Shown here piece after piece: positions 1-13,204 of a DNA stretch of 64,000 bases. Position numbers and translations under genes: made by a program. How positions within the stretch are numbered: the stretch's first letter is position 1; each line of letters opens with the position of its first letter. This DNA comes from Mobula hypostoma. Taxonomy: Eukaryota. The notes beneath the pieces were generated by a model that had not been told where the DNA came from, made no database searches, and was given only the letters and a program-made list of their open reading frames with translations. The DNA lies in assembly GCF_963921235.1 (NCBI RefSeq), contig NC_086097.1, positions 16,678,001 through 16,742,000 on the forward strand, read 5' to 3'.

Positions 1-261
1 GTGATTGGTATTGAATGCCCTGCTGTAGTCACTGAAGAACATCCTGATGTTTGCATCTTCACTATCCAGATGTTCTAAGATTGAGTGAAGAGCCAATGAA
101 ATGTTATCTGCTCTTGACCTGTTGAGAAGGTAGGCAAATTGGAGTGGATCCAAGTTACTTCTCAGGCAGGAGTTAATATGTTTGATCACCAAACCCTCCG
201 AGCACTTTATCACAGTGTTTGTAAGTACTGCTGGATGATAATCACTGAGACAGGTTACCAC

Positions 262-1655
262 ATTCAGTGGCCACTTTGCTTGTTAATACAAATACCCAAT
301 TAGCTAATCGTCTGGCAGCAACTCAATACAAAACAGCATGTGGACATGGTCAAGGGGCTCAGTTGTTGTTCAGCCCAAACACCAGAATGGAGAAGAATTG
401 TGATCTCAGTGATTTAACCATGAAATGATTGTTTAGAGTGGTTTGAGTATCTCAGAAACTGATTTCCTGGGATTTTCACACACAAGTTCATAAGACCATA
501 CGCTAGAAGCAGAATTAGGTCATTTGGCCAATTGAGTCTGTTCCACCATTTCATCATGGCCGACCCATTTTTCCTCTCAGCCCTAGTCTACCTTCCCTCC
601 ATATCCCTTCATGCCCCAACCAATCAAGAATCTATCAACTTCTGCTTTAAGTATACATAAAGACTTGGCAGCCACAGCTGCCTCTGGCAGTGAATTCCAG
701 ATTCACTACTAAAGAAATTCCTTCTCATCTCCATTCGAAAAGGATGCCCCTCTATTCTGAGGCTCTGTCCTCTGGTCTCCATCCTCTCCATATCGACTCC
801 ATCATGGCCATTCGCCATTCGATAGGTTTCAATAAGGTCACCCCTCATTCTTCCGGACTCCAGTGAATACAGGCCCAGAGCCAACAAACGCTTTTCACGA
901 CAAGCCGTTTAATCCTGGAATCATTTTTGTGAACCTCCTTTGAACCCTCTCCAGCTTCAGCACATCCTTTTCAAGGGGCCCAAAACTGCTCACAATACTC
1001 CAAGTGAGGCTTCACCAGTTCTTCAAAAAGTCTCAACATTACACCCTTGCTTGTATATTCTATTCCTCTTGAAATGAATGCTAACATTGCATTTGCCTTC
1101 CTCACCACAGACTCAACCTGCAAATTAACCTTTAGGGTATCCAACACAAGGACTCTCAAATCCCTTCGCACCACAGACTTTTATATTTTCTCTCCATTTA
1201 GAAAATAGTCAACCCTTTCATTTCTTCTACCAAAGTGCATGACCGTAGAATTCCCAACACTGTATTACATCTGCCACTTCTTTGACAATTCTCCTAATCT
1301 GTTTAAGACCTTCCGTGGCCCCTCCATTTCCTCAAAACTACCTGCCCCTCCACCTATCAGTTTCTAGAGTTTACCAAGAATGGCACAAAAAAACAAAAAG
1401 CACCCAGTGAGTGGCAGCAATGTAGGCCTTGTTAATGAGCAAGGTCAGAGAATGGCCAGATCAGTTCAATCTGACAAGAACGTGACAGTAACTCAAATAA
1501 CCACCTGTTACAACAGTGGTGTGCAGGACATCACTGAACACACAATACGTTGAACCTTAAAGTCGATGGGCTACAGCTACACAACAGCTATGAACATATA
1601 CTCAGTGGCCACTTTATTAGGTACAGGATGCAGCTTAATAAAGTGCCCACTGTAT
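262..1655 (+). mobile_element. Internally deleted Tc1-like element (N-terminal HTH relic), interrupted by CR1
   Basis: TIR-like CAGTGGCCACTTT(ATTAGGTACA); decayed transposase N-terminus similar to the minus copy at 32530-32967. Confidence 0.65.
489..1358 (-). mobile_element. CR1 LINE 3' fragment
   Basis: ORFs 624..887 (LGLYSLE..RMRGDLIETY) and 971..1174 (KANAMLAFISRGIEY..PHLEYCEQFWAP). Confidence 0.88.
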
Positions 1656-2091
1656 TGAAAATCTCAAAATTAAACAATGCTGTATGCATATCAATTAAAT
1701 TGATATCAAAAATTACTATGAATGAGCACACATTAAACATTCCATTACAATCACTTTAGATGTAAAGCAAAAAAAAGTATGACGGAAAATTATTACATTT
1801 AATTTTCTATTTATTAAATACAATTGTGAAAATATATACAGTACATGTACATAGTCTTCTGGAGAGGGATTTACATAAAACATTCTCTAACATTAATAAT
1901 ATGCAAAATATTTTTGAATTTTATCTATATTCATAGAAAATGTCAATATAGACACTAAGTAACTACACTAAACAATTGCAAACCAGAGAAAACACTTTTA
2001 TTTTGCATAGCTAATAGTTAAGTCTGGTTTGTTCCCACCAAATGCTACTTCCTTTACCGGAGTTCTTGTGACCAGCTTTACTGTGGACCTA

Positions 2092-2403
2092 ATAATAGGC
2101 ATCCATTAGTCTCGTGAGACCATGGATTTGCGCCTTGGAAGGTTTCCAGGGCACAGGCCTAGGGAAAGTTGTATGGAAGATCGGCAGTTGCCCATGCTGC
2201 AAGTCTCCCCTCTCCATAACACCGATGTTGTCCAAGGGAAGGGCACGAGGGCTGATACAGTTTGGCACTGGTGTCATCGCAGAGCAATGTGTGGTTAAGT
2301 GCCTTGCTCAAGGACACAACACCTTGCCTCAGCCAAGGCTCGAACTAGCGACCTTCAGATCACTAGTCCGACGCCTTAACCACTTGGCCACGCGCCAACA
2401 CAG
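2092..2403 (-). mobile_element. tRNA-derived CORE-like SINE
   Basis: Minus head with A box TGGCCAAGTGG and B box GTTCGAGCC, then GTGTCCTTGAGCAAGGCACTTAACC; (TAT)n tail; TSD CTGTGGAC(C/T)TA; second copy at 33039-33343. Confidence 0.85.
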
Positions 2404-2669
2404 CTGTGGACTTACAACAACTATAAACTGTGTAGCAATAAACTATACTCAAACAGCTAAAATTAATGACATAAAGGATAAAGGTTGACACTGTCAAGGT
2501 CATAAATGGGTAGGTAATCCATATCTAAATATGTTCCACAGAAAGGAGAATTCAGTAGGATGCATGATGGCTAATTACTTACAGGTCCATAGATTAAGTA
2601 AGAGATTCAAGAAAAAAAAATAGCATTTTCCAAACGTGTCCCTTCTGTTTAAGTAATTAGCCCCCAGGA

Positions 2670-2749
2670 CAGGGGTTCCCAACCTTTTTTATGCCATGGG
2701 CTCCAACCATTAACCAAAGAGTCTGTGGACCTCAGGTTGGGAACCCCTG
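2670..2749. mobile_element. hAT-type MITE (80 bp)
   Basis: Perfect TIR CAGGGGTTCCCAACCT / AGGTTGGGAACCCCTG; related copy at 47361-47440. Confidence 0.75.
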
Positions 2750-3131
2750 CTCAATGAACATCAAAGGAGAAAAGGGGCTGGAGGAAAAGAGTTACATGAT
2801 CTTATTTAAAATAAAACAGGTGTTTATTTTAACATTGTATTGTCAAAGTTACTCAATAGTAAGCTTTAATACAGATGAAGCATATAATTATCTCAAAAAG
2901 ATTAATACATTCCACGTTTAACATTAATTAGCTTGTCAACTTATTCCATTTCACAATTACTTTCTTGAAGCACTGTATGAAAACAAATCAAAACATCTCT
3001 AATTGTAAGGCCTCAACCCCCAATAATTCATTACCCACTGGCAACCCCACTTACAAGTCTTCTTAGCTTGAATAAGCTTTGCTGTTACAGATGGCAAAAC
3101 TACAAAGCATGAAGAAAGAGTATAGTAGTGT

Positions 3132-3286
3132 CTTCCACCTTCCTTCTCAGTCATGAAGAAGGGGCTCAGCCCGAAACATTAACTGTTCATTCACTTACAT
3201 AGATGCTGACTAACCTGCCGAGTTGCTCCTTAATTTTGTGTGTGTTGGTTTGGATTTCCAGCATCTGCAGAGTTTCTCATGTTTAT
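3132..3286 (+). mobile_element. Decayed PLE pLTR fragment with degenerate hammerhead (3149-3184)
   Basis: AGTCATGAAGAAGGGGCTCAGCCCGAAACATTAACT followed by agatgctg..gtgtgttg..atttccagcatctgcag tail. Confidence 0.7.
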
Positions 3287-4116
3287 GAAATTGTGGTGGT
3301 AATTTTATTACATATCAAACACAATATACCCAAGTTAGTACACTGTCTAACATTTTATCAAGTCACCAAGTTGTAAGGGTCAGAATGAAAATTTCCCACC
3401 TACTGGTCAAAGGTATTGTCTATTTTATTACCATTTCTATACAACATGCCTAAAAATAGATTTTTAGATAATTAAGAGTCTAAGGATATGGGATTGATAG
3501 AGGAAAGCAGCAATGGAGGTGAAAGACATTCTTGAATGGCAAAGCAGGCACAAGGAGGAAAATGGCCCATCCCTACTTTTATTTAATGTTCATACGTACA
3601 TGGATCGTTAACAAAATTATTGAGGATTGGATAAGAGGACCAAAGAGTCCACTCCTGTTCTTTGGTGGATCTTGAATTTGTCTGCTTAAGTGTATATGTC
3701 ATGGGCTTAAAATTAAAGAGCAAATATTTTTATGTTGGTATTGGTTGCTTTATAACCAGTTTCACTTTTCAATATTACAAAACTGCAAAAACTTACTTAA
3801 TGTATTTTTCACACCTACATATCAACATAATATTAATTTAACTCTTCCACTGCTTATTTTAATATCGTGTTACTCACTGTTACGACTCCTTGAAAGTTAA
3901 GAAAATGCCATGTTATTGAAAGTCATTCCTCGTAAATATTCAAGAGGGAGGGGCGGACACTGGAAGGGCAGATAAAGAAATGCATTAACTAGCCCTATTA
4001 TAGATTACAAGCAGCTGTTTTAAGATAGCAATTTGGTTTAATGTGAAAACAAATTCTTCATGAAAAATGTAAAACAAACAGTTTTTTTTTGGTGCAACCA
4101 GAATATCACTGCCTTT

Positions 4117-4165
4117 TCAAAATCTTGGAGCGCCATAGTCATCTGGCATTCGTTCAATGTTATAC
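4117..4165 (-). CDS. FCF1: FCF1 exon 8 (YNIERMPDDYGAPRF*), terminal coding exon
   Basis: tttcag acceptor; TGA at 4119-4117. Confidence 0.97.
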
Positions 4166-5045
4166 CTGAAAGAAAAATAATCAAGTTGTACAGCAATTGT
4201 TATTAAATTATTTATTAATATAATCCACCCAGAATACAGGCAAATGAAAAATAATTTTCTTTGTTATAGCATTTCACAATTTCAGAAATTTCATTATTGC
4301 CTTAGCTGAATTATTGCCCTGAGGTTGGGAAATATGGAAGACAATTTCTGGGCACAATAGGGCCCCACAAATGAGCAATTAAAGGGCAAATCTTAAATAA
4401 TGATGTGGTGGGATCATGTTTATCCTGAGTTGACAGACAAGACCTACCATCACACAATTCATCCAAAAGCCTTCCGCTATGGTGATACAGTAACCTCAGA
4501 ACAAAGCTATCAACAGACAAGAGTTGTATTACCAAAGGTGCTATATTGAACTGAAGGACTAGATTGTGGTACAAGTTGATTAAGCAATGTTTGAACCAAT
4601 TCCCTTCTAACTGAAAGGTGAGAGCATCACCAGTGAGCCAAACCTTGCAAGAGAAAAGGTTGGAACTCCTTTTTGTCAAGGACAGTGAATACTGGCTAAA
4701 CTCAAGCTGTGAGTGAATATTAAACAAAGAAATGGAGCAGTAGAGGTTGAAAGAACAGGAGCTAAAAATTGTTCTGACATTCAACGATTCAGCATCAAAT
4801 AGGATTACGATAATTCTTCTATGATGGTCAATAGCCAAATGGTCACCATATCAATACCACAATACTCCAATTCTATAACTCAGGCTCATGATTTTGATGT
4901 CCAATTTCCTATTTTTTCAACAAACTGTTCTCCACCCACCCATTTCCTACACAAGTGAGCTGAAAACTAACTTCACATGATTGTTTTCCATCTAACCCAG
5001 AAAGTCAAAGATTACCTTTCAGCTTTTTAGAAAAAATGTTCTTAC

Positions 5046-5140
5046 CTATGATTAGAAATGTACATAATAGGAACACCTGGAATTTTCCGGATTCTCCTCT
5101 TAAGATCTCTGTCCACAGTTGCTACAATGTAACATTTATG
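5046..5140 (-). CDS. FCF1: FCF1 exon 7 ([32 protein letters not shown])
   Basis: ORF 5042..5239; ttgcag acceptor, GTAAGA donor. Confidence 0.97.
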
Positions 5141-5319
5141 CTGCAAATGAAAAGTAGGTTGCCATTTAAAATATAAATCATGTGAAACTGATATCCAACA
5201 GCTTAGAATACTGCCTCGGCGCACAAACTGAAATTGCACAATGGCTCACGAGGCATTTAAATCCAAGGAACTAGATTAATCCGTAACTGCATTAAAAAAA
5301 TGCTTATATTGGTCAGTCA

Positions 5320-5687
5320 GGTGACAGGGTGAAGATACGTCTGTACCAAATGAGCAGTAAGGTGCTCCTTCCATCCGCTAGCCTGCAAGTCACTCTTGGG
5401 CAAGGTGTAGCACCTGCTTAGCCCCTCAATCAGGGTAATATGAAGCTATGGAGCAGGTGGTGGATGGTCGTGTGAGCAAATGGTGCATATCCCAAGTCCT
5501 GGTTATGCCAGCACTGATGCCAGGCAATCTCCGAAGAGTACTGATAATATCTAGGGTTACCTGTCTTGTAAAGACACTGCCCAGAAGGTGGCAATGGCAA
5601 ACCACTTCTGTAGAAAAAACTGCCAAGAACAATCATGGTCATGAGACCACAATTGCCAATGTCATAGGACACGGCACATAATGATGA
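5320..5687 (+). mobile_element. Short non-autonomous retroelement with RTE/Bov-A-like 3' part
   Basis: GGCAATGGCAAACCACTTCTG..TGCCAAGAACAATC..GGACACGGCAC-(ATG)n tail; second copy at 43700-44166. Confidence 0.7.
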
Positions 5688-5713
5688 CTGTAATGGTTAT
5701 AGTCACCATTAAA

Positions 5714-6015
5714 CAGTGGCTCAGCTCGTTGGGCTGTTGTCTCGATCCAGGATCAATCCTGACCTCTGTTGCTGTCTGTGTGGTGAGTTTGCATATTCTT
5801 TGTGTGATGGTATGGGTTTCCTCTCACAGCCCAAAGATATAGAACTTGACAGGTTCACTGACCATTTTAAGTCACCTACTGTGAATGTAGGTGAGTGGCA
5901 GGACCTGGAGGCGGTGAAGGGAATAAGGGATGAATAAAACGGGATTGATATAGCTTTAGTGTAAATGGGTTGGCACGGACCATGTGTACCAAAGGGCCAT
6001 GGTTTTGTGCAGTGT
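5714..6015 (+). mobile_element. V-SINE (HE1-like)
   Basis: tRNA-like head, then GAGTTTGCATATTCT..GGGTTTCCTC..CCAAAGA V-domain. Confidence 0.65.
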
Positions 6016-6509
6016 CACTTTTTCCTCAGATGGACGTGAAACTTTGGAAATGCTGCAAAGATGATCTACTATTGTACCATGGAAGACAAAACATAATTAC
6101 ATGGATAGACTGGACAAGCTAGGAGTTGGCCTTCTTAGAGTAGAAAAGGCCAAAAGGAAATTTGATAGCAACTTTCAGAAAGCATTAATTGGATAAGAGT
6201 AACAGAAACTGTTTCTAAAAGTAGAAAGATCAGTACCCAGGACACACAGATTTAAGGAATGGCATTTCTATTTTATGAGTGGACTACACTGTCAGAGAGA
6301 GCAATGATAATTAGCTTTCAGAAATTAATTACATACTGTACGTGAAGGGGAGAAAGCTTCAGTGACTGGGGAAAGGATGAGGTGGATAGGAGAGTTTTGA
6401 CTGCTCTTCTTAAAGAGCTGTTCTACAATTTTACTGATTATTGAACCTAGCTTCAGCAAAAGAAAACTGTTCAAAATAAAATATTCACTGTAGTACGTTT
6501 ACTTCATAC

Positions 6510-6597
6510 CTGTGTGACTCTTTGCACTAGACAATCATCAGCATACGTTCCTTTGTGTGTGCAGGGTAACCTTTCAAATCGTGGATCCTTTGCTATT
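6510..6597 (-). CDS. FCF1: FCF1 exon 6 ([29 protein letters not shown])
   Basis: cctag acceptor, GTATGA donor, translation. Confidence 0.97.
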
Positions 6598-7260
6598 CTA
6601 GGAATGTAGACAGAGCAGAGTGTCATAATGTTATGACTATACCAATAACATGTTTATTCTACAACTTTTTTTTTGCTTTTTGCTTCAGATCACCCCTTTT
6701 GGAAAACCTGAGATTCCTATCTTCCCAAAAAGCTGCTTTTACTTCCTTAGATAACAGCATATATTTATACAAACGTTTGTAGAATGACTAAAAATGAACT
6801 ATAGGTATTCTGTCCTTTAGATGCCTTTGGAATTTTGCATGCATTTAAAACTCAGACATAACAGCATTGCGTGATCTAGCAGTGATGGAAATTAAGGAAC
6901 TTGTGGAATAAGGAATGATACCAAGGTAGCTGCTCTTCCTAGGTTTAATTTCCTGGTTTGTGAGTTAATAGTTTCAATCCAAGCAAACGAGGAAGCATGA
7001 AGACCCTCAGAGCTTGTAGGTATATAGTACCCAACTACATACTTCAGAAATGAGACAAAGCATCTGATAGGTAATAAATTATCACAACTTTTATATGGGA
7101 GTATATAATAGCTATTTTGCAGACAGGTATGGTACCAGAATGAATGCAAACCTAATCTATTGCCATTCGGGATAGTTATGGAAAGAGCATTGCCCAAGGT
7201 GAATTACTCTTCTTCCAGAAGCATTATGGATCATACAACTTTCACCTGATTGATAAAAAG

Positions 7261-7460
7261 GGGACGGCACGCTAGCATAGCAGTTAGCATAATGCTATTA
7301 CAGTGACAGCTGTAAGGATCATGGTTCAATTCCTGCTGCTGCTTATGAGGAGTTTGTACGTTCCCCCCCCATGACCTCATGGGTTTCCCCCAGGGGCTCT
7401 GGTTTCCTCCCAATTCTAAAGATGTCTGCTTAGGGTTAGTGTGTTGTGGGCATGCTACTC
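7261..7460 (+). mobile_element. V-SINE
   Basis: GGTTCAATTCC B box; GGAGTTTGTACGTTC..GGGTTTCCCCCAGGGGCTCTGGTTTCCTCCCA. Confidence 0.7.
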
Positions 7461-8096
7461 ACGTAATTTTAATTTAGCACAGAGCAGGCCATCTGGCCCA
7501 TTTAATACCAGCCCTGTCACCAGACAATTTACAATGACCAATTAACCTACTGTGGGAGAAAATATCAAGGCCTTACATTGTAACGGGCATTGAGGGGCTA
7601 ATGATTTGTTTTAAAATGTGAATTCGAAGTCTACAATCATTTATCTGTAACTAATGCACTCTGAGTGACTGAAATGTGCCTCGCAACCGAGACATAAAAA
7701 TAACTGTATCTGTACTTTGTTCTGAGAATTTTTATATCTCTGTGGTTCAGCCAGCTTGCCTGATATATTTTTTGAGAACTAACACTTAAGTAAAATGTGT
7801 AGCTGCTCAAGGACATATTTTTGCTACCTCGCTATTCGGTAGCGTTGCTGGAGTTCCACTAAATACTAACAAACTGATTGCTAAGCTTTGCCTTGAAGTC
7901 GTCATGCAGGATTGCAGTGGACTAATTATACATTGTTCTCTAAAATGCTAGACAAAGGCTCAAATAGGGGATAGAATGTGAGGAACTAAGCTAAAAAAAG
8001 TGTAATATTGGATCGGGGTGTAGAATTGTTCTTTTTCTTGTAGTTTAAATTTCTTATGCTTGTCTATGTTTTTATATAATCACCTATATACATGTA

Positions 8097-8181
8097 TAGT
8101 ACTGTGCAAAAGTCTTAGGCACATAAATATATATATATATATATATATAGCTAGGGTGCCTAAGAATTTTGCATAGTACTT
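8097..8181. mobile_element. Tiny Tc1-type palindromic MITE with internal (TA)n
   Basis: AGTACTGTGCAAAAGTCTTAGGCAC ... GTGCCTAAGAATTTTGCATAGTACT; siblings at 8290-8355 and 23506-23572. Confidence 0.7.
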
Positions 8182-8289
8182 TATATTATGTCTTTCCAGT
8201 TACCAAATAACACTGAATACTACTGAGCTAATACAAAGCTAAGTACTCTTATTCTGTTTCCCAATCATTTTCCTATTTTACCCAATATA

Positions 8290-8355
8290 CAGTACGGTGT
8301 AAAAGTCTTTAGGCACTCCAGTCATATACATGCCTAAGACTTCTGCACAGTACTG
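8290..8355. mobile_element. Tiny Tc1-type palindromic MITE
   Basis: TA|CAGTACGGTGTAAAAGTC..GACTTCTGCACAGTACTG|TA. Confidence 0.7.
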
Positions 8356-9223
8356 TATACAGTTCAGTGAGTTTTCCAGTGGTTACAGTCGCCTCCGCAT
8401 TTTTCTGGAAACTTCTTGGTTCCAGTGGCAGGTGCCATATTACTTGAATCTGGCTTATTTTATTGGTTAACTATTATCAATCGAATTTTCTGTTATCAGT
8501 CGCTCTGGTATGAGCAGACCTCACTACTTTCTAGTCTCTCTTCTTTTCCCTTGTTCTCTCTTGTCATGCTTTTTCTCCTTTCTTCTTCACTGCATTTATA
8601 ACAGTTAATAAAACAATTGTAAGCAAGAAGTTTTATGCCTCATTCTTGACTTCCGAAGACCCTTTGGGTCGCAAAAACATCAGGATCCAACAGTAATATA
8701 GATTTTTAAAAAGATTAGTGGTCTATTAGTGTTTAAAATTAAGGTTTATGAACATTTTAAATGGCCAGCAGTTATTCTGTTCCTCTGCCACCGAATCCCA
8801 TTATATCAAATGGTACCATTGCTGTGGTGGCTCTCACAAGGGGATAAAGCCAGCTCTACACTTCAAGTTCCAACTGGAAAAAGTTGCTCTGCACAGATCT
8901 GCGCTGTTCAGAAGCACCAATATTCAGTCCACTGGAATAACTGCACAAGCTTGGCAGATTACAAGGACCACCGTCACAGATGTAGTCCCTGATTTTAATT
9001 TCAAACAACGAAGGCATGCTGTCAGTTCCTTATACACAATCTTATAGCAAGAACATCCTTGAAATGTGAGATATTTTTCATTTGCTTGGAATCATTCACT
9101 AATGCAGTTTAACAAGTCAGAAGTTGGTGGTAGCAGGGTGGACAAGAGAAGCATGTCGTTGAGACGGGAGAACTGAACTGATACTCGCCTAGCAGGATAA
9201 ACCTGCTTCAGAAGTTGTTTTAC

Positions 9224-9296
9224 CTGAGTGCAACTCTGTACTTCTGCCCCAGTTTCTCAATTTCTGCCATCACACAGTCAGTAATACAGGGAATAC
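9224..9296 (-). CDS. FCF1: FCF1 exon 5 (CIPCITDCVMAEIEKLGQKYRVAL-R)
   Basis: ttccag acceptor, GTAAAA donor, translation. Confidence 0.97.
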
Positions 9297-10684
9297 CTGG
9301 AAAAAAATATTCAGAGATTTTAACTTACATCCTTCACTTTATTCCCATTCATCTGAAGAGCTTTCCCCACAATATGCATCATAAAATAAGTAATATTCTA
9401 ATTTTGTGCACACGCTTCATGTCCAACCCAGATATGAAACAATTTTGTTCACAATAAACGATTACATCTCCTCTCCACCCTTGCATGCTGATCCTTGTGT
9501 CTCCATTATTTTGTATTTATGTTTGCAGCATCCAAATATGTAAGTTTCTTAGCTTTTGGATCTTGGATTCTTACAGATGCCTTCCTTTTTCAGTACAATT
9601 TAGATTTTTTGCTTTCCTTTTATTCAATTAATCTTTGCTTATCTGTTTGATCTTTTCCTGTGCCCACTGTATGCCAATGAATTTCTTTCAGCATTTTTTT
9701 TTTTTTTTTTAAAGTATGCTGGTCATCATGTTAGCCCAAGAGCGTTGTCAGGCAAGTGTCAAAAGTTATTATTGCGCTGGAACTGCTTGACTGGAGACAT
9801 AACTAATTCCAGAGGTCAGGCCTTCAGTATTAGTTGGAATACTGTTTGGTATAATCGCTTCTACTGTATCCAGTGCTCTCAGACATTTATGGAGTAAGTG
9901 GACTGAATTACTGATGAGCAGCTTCTATGACCACAGGAATCTCAAAGAAACCGAAACCCTCATCCACCAGGCACCTGCGGCTTAAATTAACAGTGAATGC
10001 TTTGGTCTTTTCATTAACATTCACCTACTATACCTCACTATCCACAAGGATAGGTATGTTCTTGAAAATTCCACATTTGTTAAATGTTTAATTATCTACC
10101 ACAACTTACAACTAGATGCAGCAGGCTTGCAGAGCTTTAATGCAATGAAATATGATGCACACAAACCATGATATGTGGATAAAAACACAATGAGAAGGCA
10201 AGAAACAAACATGGCAAAAATATTGAGAGAATGGAGGGATAAAGTTTTGAGTTAAATATAAAAATTGCCTGTAATTTCCACTGCATCAATGGGAATGGTG
10301 GCAGGGTGGTTACGTTGCTGAAATATTATCCAGACACCTGAATTATGAAGCAAATATGCAAACTTGATAATGTTGATAATAACTGATCTTTTAAATTTCT
10401 GCTAATAGGTGATGAATAGGTTATTGCTGAGGGTCTCAATGATGACAATGCCATTAAAGGAGAGATGATCAGGTACTTACCTGGAGGAGGTTTACTTCCA
10501 CCTTCTAAGGGGCAACGAAGGGCAGGTAACTAATCTCCACATGCCATGGATAATATAGGAAAAGCTCAGGCGATGCAAATGTCATTTGGCAATTAATCAT
10601 CCCACATGTTGATATTGCCTATGCTGCATTTCATGCAGCTGGAGATAACATCTTGCGGTATTGCATTACAAATGAAAATTAACA

Positions 10685-11440
10685 CTGTAATCTCTCACTC
10701 AATGTCGGCAAGACTAAGGAATTGATAACTGACTTCAGGAAGAGGAAACCAGAGGTCCACGAGCTACTCCTCATTGGAGATCAGAGGGGGAAGAGGGTCA
10801 GCATCTTTAAATTCCTCTGTGTTATCATTTTGGAGGACCTGTCCTGGCCCCAGCACCTGAGTGTAATTATGAAGAAAGCACGGCAGTGCCTCTACATCCT
10901 TAGGAGTTTGCAAAGATTTGGCATAACATCCAAAACTTTGACAAACTTCTATACGTATGTGGTGGAGAATATATTGACAGGTTGCACCTCTGCCTGGTAT
11001 TGAAACACTATTGCCCTCGAACGAAAAATCCAACAAAAAGTAGTGGATATGGCCCAACACATCACAGGTAAAAAAAAAGCCCTCTGCACTGCTGAGCACT
11101 GTCGAAGGAAAGCAGCATCTATTATCAGGGACCTCCACCACCCGGGACATGCTCTCTTCTCGCTACTGCCATCAGGAAGAAGGGACAAGAGCTTCAGGAC
11201 TGTCACCACCAGGTTCAGGAACAGTTATTATTCCTCAACTATCAGACACTTGAACCAGAGGGGATAACTGCACAACTTCACTTGCCCCATCACTGAACTG
11301 TTCCCACAAATCAACTCACTTTCAAGGACTCTTTATCTCATGTTCTCGATATTGATTGCTTATTTACTTATTTTTATTATTTCTTTTTTTCTACTGTGTA
11401 TTTGCAGTTTGTTGTCTTTCGCACATTGGTTGATGTCCAT
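10685..11440 (+). mobile_element. Rex1/Babar LINE 3' fragment
   Basis: ORFs 10722..11003 (KKARQCLYILRSL..LTNFY..ENILTGC) and 11043..11267 (HPGHALFSLLPSGRR..RFRNSYY). Confidence 0.85.
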
Positions 11441-11824
11441 TCTGTTAAATCGAAATGCTATCAAGTTGCACTCTTTCTTATGCACAAGTTTAGATGACAA
11501 AAACAAAGATGAATTACTTGACGTAGTTGTTTACAGGAATTGAAGTTTCTATACTTGTTTCTATAATAGGAGTGCATACGACAGTGTTATGTTTTGGGGA
11601 ATTAAGGCTATTAGAACAAGTGATCCCAGAAGTAAACTGTACTCATAACAGTACTTTAAATAAAGTGCTACAGCAGTATATTTCAACCTTGTTACTAAAG
11701 AGAATAAACAGACTGGGAAAAAGGCAAGGAAATAGCAAAAGTAAAAGAATTAAGTGTCTTGATCTTGCTTGTGTGTTCTTGTGATTTCCTAGTCTTGCAA
11801 TCAGAAATTCAAGTCTTTCCTCAG

Positions 11825-12830
11825 TCCACTGCTGTTCATTCTGCTGACCACAACTGTGCTGCAACACACAGCTCAAACCACATCACCAAGTTCGTTGATG
11901 ACACGACCGTGGTGGATCTCATCAGCAAGAACGATGAGTCAGCATACAGAGAGGAGGTGCAGCGGCTAACGGACTGGTGCAGAGCCAACAACCTGTCTCT
12001 GAATGTGAACAAAACTAAAGAGATGGTTGTTGACTTCAGGAGGACACAGAGCGACCACTCTCCGCTGAACATTGACGACTCCTCTGTAGAGATCGTTAAG
12101 AGCAACAAATTTCTTGGTGTTCACCTGGTGGAGAATCTCACCTGGTCTCTCAACACCAGCTCCATAGCAAAGAGGGCCCAGCAGCATCTCTACTTTCTGT
12201 GAAGGCTGAGAAAAGTTCATCTCCCACCCCCCATCCTCACCACATTCTACAGAGGTTGTATTGAGAGCATCCTGAGCAGCTGCATCGATGCCTGGTTCGG
12301 GAATTGCACCATCTCGGATCACAAGACCCTGCAGCGGATAGTGAGGTCAGCTGAGAAGGTCATCGGGGTCTCTCTTTGTGCCATTAGAGACATTTACACC
12401 ACACGCTGCATCCGTAAAGCAAACAGCATTATGAAGAACCCCACGTGCCCCTTATACGAACTCTTCTCCCTCCTCCATCTGGCAAAAGGCACCTTAGTAT
12501 TCGGGCTCTCATGACCAGACTATGTAACAGTTTCTTCCCCCAAGTTATCAGACTCCTCAATACCCAGAGCCTGGACTGAAACCAACCTACTGCCCTCTAC
12601 TGTTCATATTGTCTTGCTTATTATTTATTGTAATGCCTGCAGTGTTTTGTGCACTTTATGCAGTCCTTGGTAGGTCTGTAGTCTAGTGTAGTTTTGCGTT
12701 GTTTTTTAACGTAGTTCAGAGTAGTTTTTGTATTGGTCATGTAGGACCATGGTCCTGAAAAACGTTGTCTTGTTTTTACTATGTACTGTACCAGCAGTTA
12801 TGGTCGAAATGACCATAAAAAGTGACTACT
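11825..12830 (+). mobile_element. Rex1/Babar LINE 3' fragment
   Basis: ORF 11759..12202: KFVDDTTVVDLIS..WCRANNLSLNVNKTKEMVVDFR. Confidence 0.88.
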
Positions 12831-13204
12831 TTAAATAGCAATTCAAAGAACATCCCAAGCATCACCACACACCCCGCTTGCTGCTAGGTTTCAATATCAT
12901 ATTGTCAGGGAAGGATGATCTAAAAAAGCCGATGTTAAAATTTCAAAGATCATCTCTGATGAATTGAGGCTAGAATTTTCAATTGGTGAATGACAGTGCA
13001 CAAGGGAGAGCATGATTAGACACGAACAAAGGAACACTAAATCTGTGAAATTAAGGTAGTTAGACAAAGGAAGATAAAAGCTGTGAAATATGGAGCTGTA
13101 GGAAATATCCAGCAGGGCAAGCCTTATTAATGGAGAGAGGACAACAGAACCGATAGAACAGTGCACCTGGCCAGGTATAGGTGTAAGATGAACCAGGAGG
13201 TACA

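Noticed and set aside
2330..2403. tRNA-like sequence (also near 33280-33343 and V-SINE heads)
   Set aside because: Fused to SINE bodies with tails and TSDs, with no complete cloverleaf or acceptor stem; these are SINE heads, not tRNA genes
2114..2488. Similar Cys-containing ORFs at 2114 and 33058 suggesting a small gene family
   Set aside because: Both are antisense translations of the same SINE
1790..4116. FCF1 polyadenylation site
   Set aside because: Several AATAAA/ATTAAA candidates on the minus strand in AT-rich sequence; cannot choose without 3'-end data
4311..4838. 175-aa minus-strand ORF in FCF1 intron 7
   Set aside because: Non-ATG start, no recognisable motif, and not needed for the complete FCF1 CDS; likely chance
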